Positions 41,539-55,830 of a DNA stretch of 64,000 nucleotides are shown one piece after another; the first letter of the stretch is position 1, and the number at the start of each line of letters is the position of its first letter. The position numbers were made by a program, and so were the translations under genes. Under the pieces are notes generated by a model. That model was not told the DNA's origin. It did no database searches and saw nothing but the letters and a program-made list of their open reading frames with translations. The stretch covers positions 192,262,001-192,326,000 of the forward strand of contig OZ024740.1 in assembly GCA_964016885.1 (NCBI GenBank). Direction: 5' to 3'. The DNA comes from Eledone cirrhosa. Lineage: Eukaryota.

Positions 41539-44500
41539 CTAGCAGCTGAGCGCGGTTGCACTCGGGGTTACTCGGGGCCACTTTTTGTTAAGTTAATAAG
41601 TTGAGGGGCGACGTGAAGAGAGTGGTTTGACAGAGAGACGTTGGGTAGAGTCGGGTTCAAAGGTGTTATTGCAGGGCTTCTTTGCAGACAACGTTCCTGA
41701 TGTTGCTTACCACAAATAAAAGATTGTGTGGACTGCCGATGCGGGACCATCCGACGTAGAGTTGACCATGGGAAAATACCTGCTGTGTTAGATTTAGGCC
41801 AACCACTTGCAGCGATTGACCTTGTACCTTATTAATGCTCTTTGCAAAGCAGAGTTTTATGGTAAACTGCCGTCGCGTAAATTCATAGGGGACGTCAGAG
41901 GAACTAAGGCTCATAGGGGTAATTAACATGGTCACGCCAGCAGCGGGTCCGCTCAAAATGGTTGTGTCCAGAATTTGTGTCCTTATTTTTTTTATGATTA
42001 AACGCGTTCCGTTGCATAGTTCTGGTGCATCCATGGTTTCTCAGCAGCATAACTGGTACACCAACCTTCAGTTTCAGATCATGAGGAGGAGGTCCTGGAG
42101 GTAGTTGATTGTGCAGGAATTCAATTGTGTAGATGACGGCGTCGTCCGCGTTTTTATTTGTGTCAATCGACTTGACGGAGACTTCATTTCCGGGAATCTG
42201 ATCGAGTTGTTTTTGATCCATCACGTCAACAGTGGCATTGTGTGGTGCCAAAATAGCTCTCACTTTCAGCCAGTTGTGTTCATGGAATCGTGATTTAAGG
42301 TCTGGAAATACACATGACATTAATCCGTCAATGTTTTACACAATGTTCCCAAAAGGCAAACGGATATGCTCTTCATCCACTCCAGGTGTAGTTCCATTAC
42401 CAAATTCCAGTAGATGTTTTGAGAAATCGATAGGGTCTGCGTCACCATGCACATGCACTCTTATGTTGGTAGTCAGATGTAGTTTGTGGACATACTGCCA
42501 TACGTAGGGCTACTTGATGCATGCGTTCACTTCGTCAGCTCTAGTGCCTCTAGTGATAACTGGAAGAGTCTGTCGGAAATTGCCAGCCAGCAGTACTGTC
42601 GCTCCACTCATGACGCGTATGTTCCGACGCAAGTCCTTGAGAGTTCGATCCAGAGACTCAAAGGCCGCCTTGTGATTCATGGTAGCCTCGTTCCATATGA
42701 TCAGGCAGCACTCAGAAAGAAGATGTGCTTTAGAGTCGTGACGATCTATTCTACATGTAGGATTCCCCTTCTTTGCAATGTCCAAAGGCAATTTGAATGC
42801 GGAGTGTGCCTTACGACCGCCATGTAACAGTGTCGCCGCAATACCACTGGAGGCGATCGCTAAATCAATCCGCTTGTCTTTTCGTAGCTTTGCAAGCAAA
42901 CGTTTGATGAGAAATGTTTTTCCTGTTCCGCTAGGAGCATCCAGGAAAAATAGCCATCCCTCATTTAAATTGACACTGGAGAGAATTCTGTCATATGCCA
43001 GTCTCTGGTCATGGGTTCGTCCTGAGCTACCTGATGTGACATATCGTCGATGTTGTAATTTAACTCACACATGAACTCCACATCTAAAGCACTGTGAGTG
43101 TTTCGAGGTTGTGGCAAACCGAAATCAGATACACCGCCAACTCCAAGAGCTTTAAGATGGTTGTCCATGTCGATGAGGGCCTCATTGTACACGGCGTCGT
43201 TGAAAGCTGGATCTTCTGCTCGTAGTCTACAGAGGATGTTCTCTGACATGTTGTCCTTATGCGTTTCCCAAAGCTTAAGGGGCTCACCTATGCCACAGAA
43301 CAATAGCATTATGCAAAACGGACGTCTCATTTCTGGAGGCATGTTACATTCAGCAGCATCTGTCAACGCCACGTTCAGGTGGGCATCATCCTCGAGTAGC
43401 CCGCGCATCACGCACGCGTCCCTGTAACTGGAACAAATGTGGCCATCGAAAAGTCTTAGGTCGGCGAATGACTTGGGCCCTTTGATTTTATGCAGCAACA
43501 TTCGCAGTAAAAAGCGTTCTTGTTGCTTCGGAAGAACATTATACACGCGTCCGATGGCATTATCTCTGAAGACACCTACCCAATCCTCAACGTTTTCCCC
43601 TTGGCGCAACCGATGCCATTTTTTGTTCGACCAAATGAAGTAGGTAGGTTCATCGACGTAAAAAAGGGTAACTGCAAATGTATCGACAAAACATAGCTTA
43701 AAAAATGCTGTAAGCGACGTCTCAGGTGGCTGTTCGGCAGCATCCGATGCGGTTTCCGCAGTGAAGTAAACGCGTTGACCATTCTCTAAGTGAAAATACA
43801 AGTTAACAAGTGCTGGAGAGCACATGTGAATTTCAAGCCCCAAAATGTGTCATGTCGCCGCCTTTGTTGATGTATTCGTAGATGTATTTAATGCTTTTAA
43901 CAGATGTGCAGGACTCTACATTGGTGTGAGCATTAAAAACGTTAGCAAGCAAAGGGCTGTAAGGCACCACCCAGCTGTTGTCAATGTCGTATTTTTTCCC
44001 TTTCCTCTTAATCCTAGCCGAAAGGCCGCGAAAATCGGGAGCACGACGCCGGTAGATGGGGTAGCCGTCAACTCCAGTGCAAGTTTCCCTGGTGAAGGCT
44101 CTGGGGTAGTGTTTGGAGCATATGTTCCCCTGCATGCATGAATATTAGCCACCACAATGTTGTAAAGCTATAAATCAATTTGGGGAACGGGCAACTCTGC
44201 ACATATACCGCGATCAATGTCCGTACGTCTGATTCGTTCTTTACACCAAATAAGAATATGTGCGTGCGGAAGATCCCGCTTCTGCCATTCCACAGTATAC
44301 ATCCAAGAACTGAGTTGTCCGTAGATGGCCTTATCTTTCAGCAAGCACATTAGTTTCTTCAACTTTCCGTGGGAGACTCTAGTCGTAATATCATGCATGT
44401 CACTCGTCACCTGGCCCGCGAATAAATTCTCCTTAATCTCCACCCAATTAGGATTACATGTGACAGTAATAAAAAGATCCGGCCGCCCAAACGGACATAC

Positions 44501-44782
44501 GCCATGGCATCCTGTGTCCGTTTATGCATGTACCGGGGTGAGCCAGTAAAGTTTGAAGGAAGGATCACCTGATGCCTAACAAGTAGTCGTTTCAATAAAA
44601 AGTTTCATTAAAAAAGCGAAGCGAAAATTGAAAAAATTAATGTCATTGTTTACGTATAATGAATTGAAAATGCTTCACTAAGAGATGGATATAAAAGTAT
44701 TTTAGGTTAAATAGTATAGGGAGGTATGTAGGATACATCCATACATACATACATACACACGACGCTCAGCTTTATATAAGTA
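41539..44782 (-). mobile_element. Helitron with internally deleted, frameshifted Rep/PIF1-helicase gene and both termini
   Basis: Rep: GSPRYM, EWQKRDLPHAHILIW (HUH), KYIYEYINKG. Helicase: FFLDAPSGTGKT, ASSGIAATLL.GGR.AHS.FKLP, KVQGQSL, FSHGQLYV. 3' hairpin GAGTGC-AACC-GCGCTC + CTAG|T at 41539; 5' ACTTATATAAAG-type end at ~44782. Confidence 0.95.
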
Positions 44783-45295
44783 TCGTGTGTATGTGTGTGT
44801 GTGTGTGTGTGTGCTATGCAAGCGGCGACAGATCAAAGATATATAACATGTTACTGAAAGTTAACTAAAGTTTGATGGTCCCTCTCTCTCTCTCTCGCTC
44901 TGTCTCTCTCACTCTCACTCTATCTCTCTGAACATCTAACACTTTAATTGTATCTCTCTCTGTCTAACGGCCTATCTCTCTCTGCAGTGTTGTCATATTG
45001 GTAGCGACTGAAGAGCGACAGAGAGAGTAAAGCAGTTAAATTATAGAGAGGGGGAATCATCTATTATAGAGAGAGGGAAGAGCGATGAAGAGAGTAAACA
45101 TAAGAAAGTATAGATAGGCAAAATCGATAGAAAAAGACTGTTTTTAAGCCCTAGAGACCAAACTTTTCAATTTAAAGAACCCCACGTGGACCTGTCGCTT
45201 TCTCGGCACCTTTTACATTAATGTGTAAATTTTCATGACAATCAGAGCATGCCTGTATCAGACAATATTTGCTCATTTCACATTTATATAATATA

Positions 45296-45374
<79 letters not shown>

Positions 45375-45639
45375 CATTTAACATGTTATATGTCACGTTA
45401 GCGATAATCTGACATATGGGAATTATCACAGATGGTTTCAAGAGACGAGATATATCCACTACACATCCAATTCGTACGTCAGAGCAAACGATTATATTGT
45501 GTGGTTTATTGTGTAATTGAATAGCTCGGTGCATTACATAGAGCACTCTTCTTTCCTTTACCTTTGTACGGAAATACTAAACACATACACACACACACAC
45601 ACATACATATATATATATATGTGTGTATATATATATATA

Positions 45640-46496
45640 TATGAATAAAGTGGTCCTCATCAGTGATCTTCCAACCATCACAGGTATTTCGCTTTAAAGA
45701 CCATATATATCCGGTTGGTGCGAGCAACGGCTAAAAAAAGTCGTTGGGACACGTAAATAAAGGGGACACAAGAGTATAGACAAACAAAGATGGTGAAGCA
45801 ACGAAAAGAAAGGAAGAAAGAGTCAAGTCCCAAATTTCCATGAATATAAGTTCGGTGAAATCGTGAACGAGAGAGAATAAAGACCATGAAACCTGGTTGG
45901 AATGTGAGCAAGGAAGGAATTACGTACATGTCTAACGGGAGGAAGAAGGAATCTAGTCTGTGAATTCGGTGAAGATAGGTTCTGTGAAATCGTAGACGAG
46001 TGAGAGAAAAAAAGCGAACCAGCCTGACCAAGAGTGCGAAAGAAAAGAATTACACACAGGTCAAACGGGAAGAAGGAGGAGGAGAGGTAGTAACAGAGAC
46101 TGAGTGAGTGAAGGGTGAGGAAGAGGCTAACAGAGAGAGTGACTGTTAGAGAGGGTAAAGATACAGAGAAAGAGGAAGCAGTAAGAACGAAATAGACGGG
46201 TCACAGCGGGGGAAAAGATATGTGTAAATATGAGAATAAACGTGCTGCTTGGTTGCTAATGGGTTACATATGAATAAAGTTAGTCCTTCATCAGTGATCT
46301 TCCAACCATCATTGGTTCCTCACTTTTCGTTGTTTTACCATCTTTGTTTGTTTACACTCTCGTGTCCCCTTTATTTACGTGTCCCAACGACTTTTTTTAG
46401 CCGTTGCTCGCACCAAACGGAGGTATATGGTCTTTAAAGCGATGAAATACCAATGATGGTTGGAAGATCACTGATGAAGGACTAACTTTATTCATA
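45640..46496. mobile_element. PLE tail fragments in tandem and inverted arrangement
   Basis: ATGAATAAAG..GTCCT.CATCAGTGATCTTCCAACCATCA at ~45641, ~46270 and inverted at ~46455-46496; ~45690-45810 is inverted at ~46325-46445; related to 51043-51085. Confidence 0.75.
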
Positions 46497-46522
46497 TATA
46501 TATATAGAGAGAGAGAGAGGGA

Positions 46523-46572
<50 letters not shown>

Positions 46573-46622
46573 CGAGAGAGAGAGAGTAAGAGAGAGAGAG
46601 AGAGAGAGTAAGAGAGAGAGAG

Positions 46623-46672
<50 letters not shown>

Positions 46673-48095
46673 GTGGAATGAGTGAGCGACTGATAGAGAG
46701 GTTATAGGCATAGATTGAAAAGAGTTTATTAACCTGATAAAGTGGAAATCAAAATAGGGCACATGTCATCTTATGAAGGGAGTAAAGAGGAAAAGTTGAT
46801 TGAGTGACAATGATATTAGGGTTGTTGATGTTATGTTCAGATAGAGTTGAATGGCCTAAATGATCATTGGTGGAGAAACAAAATAGGTTTGAGGTGATAG
46901 AGTGGTTTCATATTATTGTTGAAATGTTAAAAAATGGTGCTGATTGTACATGATTTGGTTTGAACAGTAAGGGAGTATTTTACAAATGAGAAACAAATGT
47001 CATGAAATTCTGGAATGAAAATTAAACATACATACAATGCATACACGCACACACACACACACACATATATATATAAGGAAAATGTTCAAGACCCCGACGG
47101 CAGAGTTCAAGCCGTTTTAACGGCTATTTCTGTACTACTCTGGTGCGTTATCGTCCACTTGTCTGCTTACCACACTTCCTTCGTTTTATATATATATGCT
47201 GGGATCTATTTATATATATATATAATTCCACTAAATGTATCCAATAAATAGCCAACTAATTAAGTCTACTGTTAACGAATAGAAAATGAGTCTCCCACAT
47301 GCTTCTATTGTGTATCTGTCTCCAGAATTTCACAGGGGATCATGGCAGAAGACACACACCACATTTTCACGCAGCAGGAGGGAAACCAAATAATTGAATG
47401 CAAAATTTTGAACATGATCGATGGATTTGTAGAAATGTCAATATTATTGAATCAACGTCTGACATTTGAGACAAAAAAACACACTGCAATTGATTTAATC
47501 TAAATTTAAAAAAAGGCACATTGGTCACGGTTAGAGTGCCTTTCATTCTGAAAACTTTACTGAACAATGAGAGGAACAGAATATATAGATGATATGTCAT
47601 TTAAATTTCAAGCTTTTTTATTCTTTATAATTATGTTTCGCTTTTTCATTATCTTTCTTTTAGAAGAGTGATTTAATCCGATACTGCGGTTATATGGTCG
47701 AATATTAAATACTTTCAGAGGGAATATGTGAATATTTATTATACATACACATGCTGAATTTGAGATAATATAAAGCTTTAGTATATACGTAGTTGTAATG
47801 TCGCGACATACTCTATGTTATTAAGCTATCAAGAAAAATAGATTGTTTAAAAATCGGTATATGAGTAAGACTATTTATGTTTCTTATATATAATCGTATA
47901 ATATATGTTCCCATTAATACATTTATCATATTTTAACATATTTAATATATATACATACATCAGTGTGTGTGCTTGTTTCATTTACTTATATTACAGATGT
48001 TGCATTTATAAATAAATGTACCCCCCCCCCCCCCGGGCGCCACACACACACACATATATATATATAAGAAAATATCGCTCTACATGGCTGAATAC

Positions 48096-48828
48096 AATAA
48101 ATGTAATCTGAGTTTTTCGAATATTAATAATTGTTTCTATTTTAGGCGAAAGGCCAGCAATAACCCAGTACATTAATGGTACTTTATTTTATCGACCCCA
48201 TAAGGATGAAAGGCAAAGTTAACCTCGGCCGGATTTGAACTCAGATCGTAAAGGGACGTAACTATGCTGGAAAGCATGTCCGACTCTCTACCGATACTAC
48301 CAATTCACCGAATATTAATAATAACATTCGATTCGTTTGCAATTATGCGACAAGCCTCAATTTTATAGCCATGTCAGTAGAATGAACACTTCATTCTTGC
48401 TCTTATGTTGGCATGCGAACATAATTTTTTATTTGAATTTAGCAAAGCCGGCCGTTTATCGCTCGTATACAGGAAACTGAGTGGTCAGACTGCTGATATG
48501 CGAATCTGGCTGATCAGTGGATCTGCTAATATACAGATCTGTCTGATCAGCCAGTCTGCTAATATACAAATCAGGACGATCAGTCACTCTATATTTTAGA
48601 AAATAGCATATATTTCCACTAGCTTTGACAGTTTGGCAGGTGATCAGTGAGCTGTACAGATGAAGGGTGATACCCAGAAAAATTAGTGTCTGCAGTTCTG
48701 TTCGCATGCCAACATGAGAGCAAGAATGAAGGTTAATTTTACTGACATGGCTATACAAATGAGGCTTCTTTGCATAATTACAAACAAATCGAATGTATTA
48801 TTAATATTCGAAAAACTCAGATTACATT

Positions 48829-48832
<4 letters not shown>
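48096..48832. mobile_element. Inverted-repeat element between (TA)n tracts, left arm interrupted by a SINE
   Basis: 48096-48131 + 48323-48421 is the reverse complement of 48699-48832; internal ~30-bp tandem repeats at 48480-48585. Confidence 0.75.
48132..48308 (-). mobile_element. Meta-domain SINE with 14-bp TSD
   Basis: TSD CGAATATTAATAAT at 48118-48131 and 48309-48322; A/B boxes and Meta-type core. Confidence 0.9.
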
Positions 48833-48880
<48 letters not shown>

Positions 48881-49289
48881 GACGTAAAATAAGAAAATTA
48901 TAAAAATTAACTGACTTACTAAAATTTCACTCCAACTAATTAGTTTCTGAAAGGGAATAAACATGGTTTCCGAATGGAACAACATGGAGAAAATCCTTTA
49001 GTCATCAGGGAAGTCTATTCTCAGCTAAGTTCTCAGGCAATGCGTGGACACAGGGAACTTATACAACAAGAATTCAGTGGATGGAAAAAAGCAAAGCGTG
49101 GACTAGGTTCCAAGACATTGAAAAAATCACTGCCTACTTGGTCGGTGGCAAATTCAAAAGAATCAATCACGTGACATCGAGGTTAATCAGTAAGCAGTGG
49201 TGTTATTAAGACAGCAGCCGAACCATTACTATGAACTATAGCAGCAGTTTTGGCAAATGTTTGCTCAACAAAATAATTTGGAGATAATA

Positions 49290-50295
49290 TATATATATGA
49301 TAGTTGTGAACACGTGTTTGACATTGCTATCGCCTGATAAAAGGCTAAAAAATGTGAAGCACGAATGTGGTTCTTTAAACCAACCAAAGTCTTGCAACCT
49401 CTGGCATACACATGGTAACTATAGGCTCCTCTGGGACTTCCCACTGCTGTATTCTGACTGCGTGTACTCATATGTCTGTCAAAATATCTTATGCTTGCAC
49501 ATTCCTTGCTACAGTCCTTAGACCTTTTCAGATCATAATTTACATGAGATCTACTGATATGACTTTGTTCATGTCTAATCAAACCAGATGTTGCTCAACA
49601 GCAGGCAGTTCAGGACAGTAGTTTTTCTTCACTTTCCTTTTCATCGTTAGGTATTCTGTTCGACGATTTTCAAAGTTTTCACTTCCTGACTGGATCAAAC
49701 GTCTCCACTTCACACCTCATCAGCCAATTTCTCCCGTGCGTCAGGGGACATTTTAGCGCAAGCCAAGTTTCTCCTCACACATTCCAGGTACCGTATTTTT
49801 GTTTTGTGTGGTGGTCGCCTACTTTTGCACACTTTATAGTAGCAAAGTTGTTTTGGAGTACGATCATCAAACATCCGGACTGCGTGACTGCACAATCTCA
49901 ACCCTATGCCGAAAGGTTATGCCCACTATAGTCACGCGCCTGCACCGGTGGAGAGCATCCAAATCACTGACGAACATTTTCCAACGCGAGCCACGGATCT
50001 TACGAACAGATTGTTGGTGAAACCTCTCCAGTTCCTTGAGCTGCTTTCTATATGTAACCCACGTTTCACAAGTACAAAGCAAAGAGGAGACGATGCAAGT
50101 CAGTTAAATTGTTACCTTGATTTCAATAGTGATACTACCTCCTCTGGAGCATAACCGTACATTCAACCGTCCAAAAGCACCAGTGGCTAAGGATATCTCA
50201 TCATCAAGTGTGCATGAATTGTTCAACTTCTAGCTTCTTTTAGTCTATTTCCATACACGTACACCCTTGCTGTGGTGTATTCTTTCCCTGCCTGG
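49290..50295 (-). mobile_element. RTE (BovB-like) LINE 3' fragment
   Basis: LLCTCETWVTYRKQLKELERFHQQSVRKI, HAVRMFDDRTPKQL, degenerate C-terminal zinc-finger-like segments. Confidence 0.85.
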
Positions 50296-50339
50296 TATAT
50301 CATATATATATATATATATAGTAATAATAATAAATTTGA

Positions 50340-50850
50340 AGACTAAAATCCAAAGACGACTCAACATCTCTGAATATTGCCCAAAATATAGCAAACACTA
50401 ATAATACCAATCTTAAAATGAAGCAAATCGAAATAACACCCAACGCTAACAATAGTAATATTGATAATAGCTTAGGAAATAATAATAATATACACTTTAA
50501 TAGCAGAGCTGCATCATCAACTAATAACATAAGGAAATGTAATTGTAAGAACAGTTTTTCTTGCCCACTACTTCATCTAAATTTAAGGAAAGATGTCATA
50601 ACCATACGTATACGTTTAAAAGAATGGATAAGAAATTCTCAACTCCCACATCTCAGTTAATACGGTCTCTTAAAAACAAAAACATAGATTACTCATTATC
50701 TTGGCAAAAGCTGGCTAACGCCTTACCATATCTAACTTTCCTCTATTTCTTTAAATTGTAATCTCTGTAATACTGAAATTCTTCATATTATTAGTAATAC
50801 AAAATGTATTATTAATAAAAGAACAGAGATATTAAGTGACTGTTTGCACT
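50340..50850 (+). pseudogene. Hydra-type PLE linker + GIY-YIG remnant
   Basis: RKCNCKNSFSCPL, FKERCHNHTYTF, YSLSWQKL, CNLCNTE. Confidence 0.82.
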
Positions 50851-50914
50851 GTTTTTCTAGATCATTTCACAGAATATATAGCTAAAATTATATATTCGTA
50901 TGGTTCACTTGATA

Positions 50915-50991
<77 letters not shown>

Positions 50992-51094
50992 AACAAGGGG
51001 AGAAGAATACTGCATGGTTGCACATGGATTACATAATATAAAATTAGTCCCTCATCAGTGATTTGGCAACCATCATTGGTATATGCCTCGAAGT

Positions 51095-52575
51095 CTCTCT
51101 TCAGGTGTTGACGTATCACTCTGCTGAGAAGGAATACCGGATGGAGAATCTCCTGATGTCCGCAAAGAAAAAGAAGAACCTCAAGAAATGCGAGAGGGAC
51201 ATGACAATGTACAGATCGGAGGTGAGGACCCTCAAAAACACAGATGGAGTACCGGTCAGCGGCAAGAGTGAGGTGGAAAAGGGTTGCGAAGACGTCTACA
51301 CCAAGCTCTTTAAGTCTGCAGGGAATGTGCAGCCGTTGTCGTCACTCCAACAGGAAGATAATGTTCCACCCATCCTTGTCGGTGAGGTCTAATGAGCCGT
51401 CGGCTTGATGAAAAGCGGAAAGGCACCAGGGAAAGACGGCATAACATCGGAGGTGTTGAATTCAGGCGGAGGGCAGCTCTGGAAAATCCTCTCCGAGCGA
51501 TTCAGACGCTATCTGGACGAGGGAAGAATACCCTTGCTATACAAGAGGGGCGATAGAGAAGATCTGAAGAACTACCGACCCATATGCCTGCTGGCTCGCG
51601 TGTTCAGGCTGTTCACGAAGATAATCCTGAACAGGTTATAACGTCATGTGGACGAACAGCAACCGAGTGAGCAAGCCGGCTTCTGGAAATTCTACAGCAC
51701 GATGGATCAAATATTTACTCTGACACAACTGCTTGAGCGAGCAAAAGAGTACAAGATGCCTCTTTGCGCCGCGTTCGACAGCTTCGAAATCAACGCAGTG
51801 CTGAACTCGCTGCAGAGGCAAGAAGTCGAGGCGCAATATGTTCACCTGCTCAGGGGGGCAGGTTCCGGATGCACCACCGCCATAGCTCTGCTGTCATCAC
51901 CCGTCCGAGTGCCGGTCGAGAGGGGAGTGAAGCAAGGAGATACGATCCCTCCAAAACTTTTCACCGCGTGTCTCGAGCAGATCATCAGAGGCATTGACTG
52001 GCAAGGCGGTGTCAACATCAACGTCGAGATACTTGCCCACCTCCGTTTCGCTGATGACATCGTACTCATCGCTGAAACCACAGATCAGCTGCAGAGCAAG
52101 CTGACGGAGCTCGACTTCAAAAGCTCTGCAGTAGGGCTCAAGATGAACCGCATGAAAACGAAGTTCATGCGGTCCGACAACGTACCAACAGGTCGAATAG
52201 TGTTTGGCGGAGATGAAATAGAGGAGAATAGTGTTTGGCGGAGATGAAGTGAAGGAATACGTCTACCTGGGACATGAAGTGAACATGCGCCGAGACATTG
52301 AGAGGGAGATCTCATGGAGAGTGAGGGCCAGAAGGAAGGCGTTCAACGGCATAAGGGATGTGCTCAAGGTGAGGTTAGACAAGACCCCCCGCGCCAACCA
52401 CTTCAATACCAAATTTTACCTGCAATGTTATATGGCAGTGAAACTTGGGCTACAACGAAGACAGAAAAGCAGCGGTTGGTAACGGCTCAAAGGGCCATGG
52501 AGAGATCAATGCTAGAAATTTCGTTGAGAGAGCACATCAGGAGCGAAGTCATCAGACAGAAGACCGGCGTGATAT
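51095..52575 (+). mobile_element. RTE-1-like LINE reverse transcriptase, frameshifted and truncated
   Basis: GKAPGKDGI, LYKRGDREDLKNYRPICLL, EQAGF, RGVKQGDTI.PKLF, HLRFADDIVL, EYVYLG, LPAMLYGSETW. Confidence 0.93.
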
Positions 52576-52895
52576 AATGGTCTGATTTTTTGATTTTAAT
52601 TTATTAATTCTTCATTGAGCTTAAAAGTGAACAGTTGCAACACATATATATATCTTTGATTTGATTTAATTTAATTTTATGTATGTGATAACCTCTATAT
52701 TTAATAATCTCCCTATTGGTTGAGATTAAATTTGGCGATATATGGCTGCGCTTTCTAGCAGCAAGCCTACTCGCCGTAAGCAACCAATCACACACTTTCT
52801 CTCTGGCTGGTACACAGCTACATAGCGATCTTAGCCATTTTTGAATCTAAATTTGGCGCGGTCGGTTTGAGAAATTAAATGTCTGATTCTAAGTT

Positions 52896-52975
52896 TGTCT
52901 CCTGATGATTCCTAACTCAAGGCAAATCCATATTATTTGGATGTCCTAAATAAGGAAGAAACCATGGTAGAGATA
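52896..52975 (+). ncRNA. Type I hammerhead ribozyme in a PLE tail fragment (~52580-53260)
   Basis: TGTCTC-CTGATGA-TTCCT...AGGAA-GAAA-CCATGG-TA-GAGATA. Confidence 0.9.
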
Positions 52976-53258
52976 TAATTACGGTATGTGCGCATTTATT
53001 CTAAGTTTAATTTTACTACTAATTACGTGTGGTTGATGGTATATTTGATCGGATTCTGCATGCTGCCGAAGTGTTTGATAAATAGTGGAACGGAGCTACT
53101 GCGAACTAGCTGCGATCGATTGTTTGTCGGAGATTTCCCCGTTAGAAAATTTATTCTTAAAGCATGCTAGATTTGATTATGTATATGGTTAATTATGCTG
53201 ATTAGAAGAAGAAATAGTATATATTTTAATATCTGATTGATTCTATAGACATGATTTA

Positions 53259-53938
<680 letters not shown>

Positions 53939-53996
53939 TATTAAAAAAATTATTAATAAACAAAGAAACAGTTCCTTATATTAAACAAAAAAAGTT

Positions 53997-54135
53997 CATT
54001 ATTTTACGATCGTTTCTAGGACACATATGTGTTAGAATTGGTATGCATATTCAAAAGATCTATGTACAAAATTATACAAACTATCAGAGGGAATATACAT
54101 ACCTTCACATATATATGCTGTCTTCAGAAATAATG
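53997..54135 (-). ncRNA. Hammerhead ribozyme with ~105-nt extended stem II
   Basis: Minus strand CATTATTT-CTGAAGA-[GCATATATGTG/CACATATGTGT; GGTATGTATATTC/GAATATGCATACC]-GAAA-CGATCG-TA-AAATAATG. Confidence 0.85.
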
Positions 54136-54848
54136 ATGCTTGTGTATTGATAATAACAACAATTCAATACAATAGGTCTGTTTGGGAACAGATTTTGAAT
54201 AGACCAATGAAATAAAGATTGAGATACATAAAAATCTATCAAGAAAATACAGTTAGGTGTGTATATATGTATGTAAATACACTCACAGATGTGCATAAAT
54301 GTGTATGCTCATATGTATACGTATAGTGAAAAAGTGTATGTAAATATAAAATTTAGGGCTAATGTATCTGTATGTCTGTAATCAACAAACGGAATAGATA
54401 CATCATAAGTATATGAATATTGAGGCGCTCACATAAACACGCCCACACACACTTACATTTAGATGCGGAAGTAAAAGAGGTAAGGGAGTATAGTAATTAA
54501 AGGAAAGTGTCAATCTCGACATACTTATAAAAATGTATCAATGAATTAGAAATCAAATATTTTTTTATAGAATGAAAAAACTAAAGAAAAGAAGACAAAA
54601 AAAGACAAAAAAGGGGGGGGCTGGTACATATATACACAGACACGCATGTCTCACAAAAGAAACATGAAAAAACAAAAAAGAGAGACATAAAATATACATA
54701 CTTATATACACACGCACATTTACACATCCATACGTTCGATACGTACATACATACACACACACATACTTACACTCACGCATATTGACCTGTTTGTATGCAC
54801 ACGCATAAAAATAAGTAAAACATATACCCATACATGTATATATATACA

Positions 54849-54919
<71 letters not shown>

Positions 54920-55041
54920 CCATGTATATATACAACCACACACACACACACACTCAGACATACATATATATAGACATACACACACATATATACACAGTCA
55001 GACACATATACACATATATACACATACATACACACATCTCT

Positions 55042-55084
<43 letters not shown>

Positions 55085-55830
55085 TACATATGTATTTTTA
55101 TGCTCACATACATACACACATACATACATACACACTTACATATACATACACACATCCACGCTTACATATACATATAATTATTGGGGGGGGGGTTAAATTT
55201 ATTAGTGGGAAATAGTAAATATATAGGTTTCAAGGAACATAGAATACTAACCTGCAGTTAAAGCTTTATATGTGTTTACTTAGTGGTATCAGTTTTAGGA
55301 AATGGTATTTGTAAGAAGGAAAGCCAAATTATGTATTTTAATATAAGTAGAATATTAATTATAGGTTAACTAAAATAAAAATAGTTAATATATTAATTTC
55401 TAAGGTGTATACTAATTATGTTTATAATATTTAAAGCGGAATTTTGAAGTTAAACAGTAGTAGAGTATTAATTATAGCTTAACTAAATTAAAAATAATTA
55501 CATATATTTACTTGATGGTATCAATTTTAGGAAATGAATTTTGTAAGAGGGAAAGCCAAATTAAGTAGTTCATCGGTAGTAGAATATTAATTATAGGTTA
55601 ACTAAATTAAAAATTATATATTAATTTCTATAGTATATGTTAATTAGGTTTATAATATTTAAAGCATAATTTTGTATTTTATCTATAGTAGAATTTTAAT
55701 TATAGGTTAACTAATTATAGGTTAACTAATTATACGATATTTTTTATTTCATCTGTAGTAGAATTAAATTAAAATTATAGGTTAACTACATTAAAATTAA
55801 TTTATATATTAATTTCTAAAATATATATTA

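Noticed and set aside
41666-44595. Host PIF1 helicase gene
   Set aside because: Fused to an HUH Rep domain, intronless, multiply frameshifted and bounded by Helitron termini.
45640-46496. CTGATGA motifs (also at ~51052) as hammerheads, including a possible type II topology
   Set aside because: No correctly placed GAAA, stem III and UH could be assembled; the motif is cut off by (TA)n or decayed.
48480-48585. CRISPR-like repeats
   Set aside because: Degenerate tandem units without unique spacers, no cas genes, eukaryotic context.
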